Shown: positions 60,940 through 64,000 of the stretch, one piece after another
Layout: each line of letters begins with the position of its first letter
Numbering within the stretch: the first letter of the stretch is position 1
DNA from: Spirochaetota bacterium
Lineage (GTDB): Bacteria; Spirochaetota; UBA4802; UBA5550
NCBI GenBank assembly: GCA_035400945.1
Contig: DAONAJ010000014.1
Coordinates: 4,740 to 68,739, forward strand
DNA: 64,000 bases
Direction of reading: 5' to 3'
Made by a program: the position numbers and the translations under genes
Notes under the pieces: generated by a model
The model's input: the letters and a program-made list of their open reading frames with translations, nothing else
Database searches by the model: none
What the model was told of the DNA's origin: nothing

Positions 60940-62172
60940 TCAGTTTTGATTTAATTCCCGCGCCAGCACCTGTTCGAGGAGCTTTGCTTCAGGCGTTCCT
61001 TCCAGACGCCTGCCATTTATAAAAACCGTCGGAACCGCGCGGACCTTCATGGCACTCCCCAGCTCAACATTGTCATGGACCGAGGAACGCGAGGTCTCCG
61101 ACATTGCTTCCTTCAAAAAAATCGCGAATTCATTCCGGCCCGGGCGCTCTTTAAAATAGTCCTTGAAGCCGGCCATGACGTCACCGGAGCGGATCCGGGA
61201 GATATTGGCCCGGTAATGCCTGTAATGATAGTCCATGAATTCACTGAATATTCCCCGGCGGGCCGCGGCGCTGAATGCCTGGGCCGCCACGCATGAATTG
61301 GAATATGCAGTCTTCGGTATATGGCTGTTGCACACCGTGTCAAGGGGAAAACTGTAATAATCGATGCGGATCTTACCGGGGAAGCGCGACATGAGGTAGC
61401 GCCCCGTTTCGTAAAACTTCATGCAGGCGGAACAGAAAAAGTCCGTAAACGCGACAATTCTGATCGGGGCCGACGCCGGACCGATAGACATGGCGCTTTC
61501 AGGGAGGGAGACGTCTTCCTGCGCGAGGGAATAAAAATGCTCTTCGAATTTTATCAGTTCCGCCGCGGACGGTTCCGCCGCCGCCCCCCTGGCCTCCATG
61601 AATGCTGAAAGGAAAAACACGGAGAGCACCATGAACAGCACCGCAAAGGACAGGGCCGCTTCAACGGGACGGTTATGGGGATCCCTGACCAATGAAACAA
61701 GATCACGATACATAGAGCGCAGGCCGACGCCTTCTTCATTGACAGATACATACCAGAGGAACAGGGTTATGCATATGAGGATATTGATGACATAGGTTGC
61801 AATGCAGAGCCGGCATGAAAGCTTCAGGAAAATGAGGATTGAACCGAGGACAACATCAATAATGACAAAGGCGACCGCCACCGGCAGCTCCATGGCAAAA
61901 CTTGGGATATGCCAGGAATCCCCGGCGGTTATCGCCAGTGTTGCGGTAATAACGAGAAGCAGGTATCCGATCAGTCCGTAACCGGCCACGGGGAGGCCGA
62001 ACAGAACCGCATACCCGGACCGGCTCAGCTGGGCGCAGGAATTATCAACGCCGCTTCCGCACGCTGCAGTGGCAAAGCCGGAATGGGGAAAGTAATGCTG
62101 GTAGAGCAGCATTGAAGCGACAATCCCGCCCATGACAGATAACAGCATTATTGACAGAATGTATCTCTTCAT
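60940..62172 (-). CDS. Vitamin K epoxide reductase (VKOR)-family membrane domain fused to a DsbA-like thioredoxin domain
   Basis: The loop cysteines CGSGVDNSC and the TM CxxC (SCRLCIATY) are typical of VKOR. The C-terminal FTDFFCSACMKF thioredoxin CxxC and VPTVFING complete the fusion. Confidence 0.75.
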   Translation of the reverse strand: MKRYILSIMLLSVMGGIVASMLLYQHYFPHSGFATAACGSGVDNSCAQLSRSGYAVLFGLPVAGYGLIGYLLLVITATLAITAGDSWHIPSFAMELPVAVAFVIIDVVLGSILIFLKLSCRLCIATYVINILICITLFLWYVSVNEEGVGLRSMYRDLVSLVRDPHNRPVEAALSFAVLFMVLSVFFLSAFMEARGAAAEPSAAELIKFEEHFYSLAQEDVSLPESAMSIGPASAPIRIVAFTDFFCSACMKFYETGRYLMSRFPGKIRIDYYSFPLDTVCNSHIPKTAYSNSCVAAQAFSAAARRGIFSEFMDYHYRHYRANISRIRSGDVMAGFKDYFKERPGRNEFAIFLKEAMSETSRSSVHDNVELGSAMKVRAVPTVFINGRRLEGTPEAKLLEQVLARELNQN

Positions 62173-62337
62173 ACGCCCTGTATGCTATCACGATGAATCA
62201 AAGCGTCAATACAATTTTATCATCCTGCCGGTTGCAGTTGACACAGAAGGGAACTCGTTAAAATTAAAAAATCCTGCTGATACAGAATTCTATAATGAAA
62301 AAATTATTCTATCATAGATAAAATAATGCCTGACATA

Positions 62338-63678
62338 TTACCAGCATACACAAAGGACATGTCGCGAATTATTGCAGTTATCAGGTCCATCGTCAATCCA
62401 TGTGGAATCTGTTTTATTAGTGGTGCCAGTTTCTCCCTGAGATGCGTTAGTGCCCACGGTCCATCCCGTGCAGGTGTTGCAAGCAACACAGGCATCCGTG
62501 ACAAGGTATTTCCCCGTATAATCGGAACCGGACCACCATTTATTCTGTGCAATGTCTGCATTCTTAAGATTTTCTAAAATGCTGCCGTCTAAAAGATCAG
62601 TCCAGCTGGTTGCTATTTCAGTGCCTGTGGGGCCCACAATCCTTTTACCTGTTGGTACACCAAAATTGCCCGGCATGGCAGCAATGCAGTCAGAAGTTGT
62701 TATACTGATGAAGGCCCTTACATTAAGACAGGGGAGTGTTGGATATAATGCACTCTTGGCATCCACGCAATAGTCGTCTATATCCGCTCGTGCCGAAGCC
62801 GTTGTCGTTGTCGTTAGATTACCGGTATGGGTATCAGTAGCAAACATGTATACAGCATCGCTCTGGGTGGTGACCGAAACAGTCACATACGCTGAGGTGT
62901 TGCTGTCGCTGTCGCGCACCACCACGTTGAAGTAGTAACTTGTCCCCGGCGTCAGCCCGTTGGATACAGCGGTTACGATGTCCTGCGTCCAGTCCGTTAC
63001 AACAGTACCATTGGCCAGAGCCAATTCGGGAGTGGATATATTGTTGCTTGAGGAACGATAGACGCAGTACATTAGTTCTGACTGCGGCGTCTGGGCGTCT
63101 TCAGCCCTGGTCCAGTTGAGCTGGACACTTGTTGTCGATATGACGCCATTGGTTATGATGCCGCCGTTGCCGGGGACCGGAAATTCATCTGACGCGGTCA
63201 GGGTAGTTGCTGATACGGTCTGGTACGCGGCCATGTTTCCGTCGCCGTCGCGGACCACAACAATGAAATAATAGGTGGTCCCGGGCATCAATCCTTCCGC
63301 ATCGGCTGAAACGATGTCCCTTGTCCAGTCGGCCACAACGGTGCCGTTAGCTTCAGCCAGGACCGGCGTGGATATATTATTGCTCAATGACAGATAGACC
63401 CTGTATTCAAGATCGTCCTGCGGCGTCAATTCATCTTCCCCGGGCATCCAGGAAAGTTCGACGCCAGTTTCAGTTATGGAACCTGCGGTGATTATGCCGC
63501 CGTTGCCCGGGACCGGGCTGCCGTCTTCAGGAATGGCCGGGATGATCGGCAAGGTTTCGAATTTCATGGTCTGATCAAAATCATCACTGAAGCATGATTG
63601 GGCCATGACACTCATGGTGACTATCACAAGGACGCCCAGGACAATACGCAACGATGAAAGTATCAGTTTTTTTCTCAT
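62338..63678 (-). CDS. Secreted protein with two tandem FN3-like repeats and a C-terminal DUF1554-like Cys-rich domain
   Basis: The start is trimmed to MRKKLILSSLRIVLGVLVIVTMSVMA. Two ~105-aa repeats follow (PVPGNGGIIT...TYYF.VVVRD.D.N..AY.TVS.TT). The C-terminus is CNTCTGWT...WIDDGPDNCNNSRHVLCVCW. Confidence 0.65.
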   Translation of the reverse strand: MRKKLILSSLRIVLGVLVIVTMSVMAQSCFSDDFDQTMKFETLPIIPAIPEDGSPVPGNGGIITAGSITETGVELSWMPGEDELTPQDDLEYRVYLSLSNNISTPVLAEANGTVVADWTRDIVSADAEGLMPGTTYYFIVVVRDGDGNMAAYQTVSATTLTASDEFPVPGNGGIITNGVISTTSVQLNWTRAEDAQTPQSELMYCVYRSSSNNISTPELALANGTVVTDWTQDIVTAVSNGLTPGTSYYFNVVVRDSDSNTSAYVTVSVTTQSDAVYMFATDTHTGNLTTTTTASARADIDDYCVDAKSALYPTLPCLNVRAFISITTSDCIAAMPGNFGVPTGKRIVGPTGTEIATSWTDLLDGSILENLKNADIAQNKWWSGSDYTGKYLVTDACVACNTCTGWTVGTNASQGETGTTNKTDSTWIDDGPDNCNNSRHVLCVCW

Positions 63679-64000
63679 ACCTGCCGCCCTTCGTCTTGAA
63701 GGGATATTTTTTGTCGGATACCGGGTTACGTAACGGGAACAGCGAGGATCTGCGCTAACCGAGGGATATCCATACAAACATATAAAAAACAATGGTTGGG
63801 TTCAAATTAATTATTTGGAAATAAAAAAATATTCTACCTGGGCGGGTTTTTGTAGGGAAATTCCCTGATTTCTTCATAAGAAAATTACGGATTTTTATAC
63901 AAAATCGCTTTTATATAGAATTTATTGAAAGATCGCAAAATCAAGCCTTAATGCGGAAATCGCCAAGCCGTTTAATCAGGCCATCCCGCTCGATCCTGTT

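Noticed and set aside
63941-64000. Possible 3' end of a minus-strand gene running off the right edge (...NRIERDGLIKRLGDFRIKA-stop)
   Set aside because: Only ~20 codons are visible, which is too short to support a call or a product.

Overview
Chromosomal window from a moderately GC-rich diderm bacterium. It carries OMP, LolA-like, RND and sigma-54 genes. DUF1554-type lipoproteins and an rnhB/FliK-like/FlhB-like arrangement hint at a spirochaete- or deltaproteobacterium-like lineage, but I cannot resolve this from sequence alone. The window is mostly housekeeping and metabolic genes: acs; a tightly packed run rpsP-KH-rimM-trmD-rplS-rnhB that continues through a FliK-like gene, an FlhB-C-like gene and an HD-GYP gene to yraN; rpe; glyA; pncB/pncA; an acyl-CoA ligase; a thiolase; coaX; several SDRs; and an OYE-family reductase. 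I found no rRNA, tRNA, CRISPR array, transposase or integrase. By eye I recognise two known riboswitch classes. One is a c-di-AMP (ydaO/kimA) riboswitch ahead of a KimA-like APC transporter. The other is a ZTP (pfl) riboswitch ahead of glyA. There is also an unclassified ~165-nt structured element closed by a 16-bp helix (15711-15877), and a near-consensus sigma-54 promoter next to a membrane-anchored GAF/sigma-54 activator. My best candidate for an undescribed system is the translationally coupled minus-strand operon 11297-15545. It encodes an Mre11/SbcD-like phosphoesterase with degenerate catalytic motifs, a Rad50/SbcC-like ATPase whose coiled coil is interrupted by a two-helix membrane hairpin, and a TPR-like protein. 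Other notable items: a PrsW-like membrane protease fused to a PilZ-like and a cNMP-binding domain; a ~113-bp direct repeat bracketing a DUF1554 lipoprotein gene; a 5'-truncated, frameshifted RND pump pseudogene; a stand-alone PurH IMP-cyclohydrolase-like domain; and a 28-bp perfect palindrome in a divergent promoter region. All family calls come from reading motifs by eye, and no database search was run.
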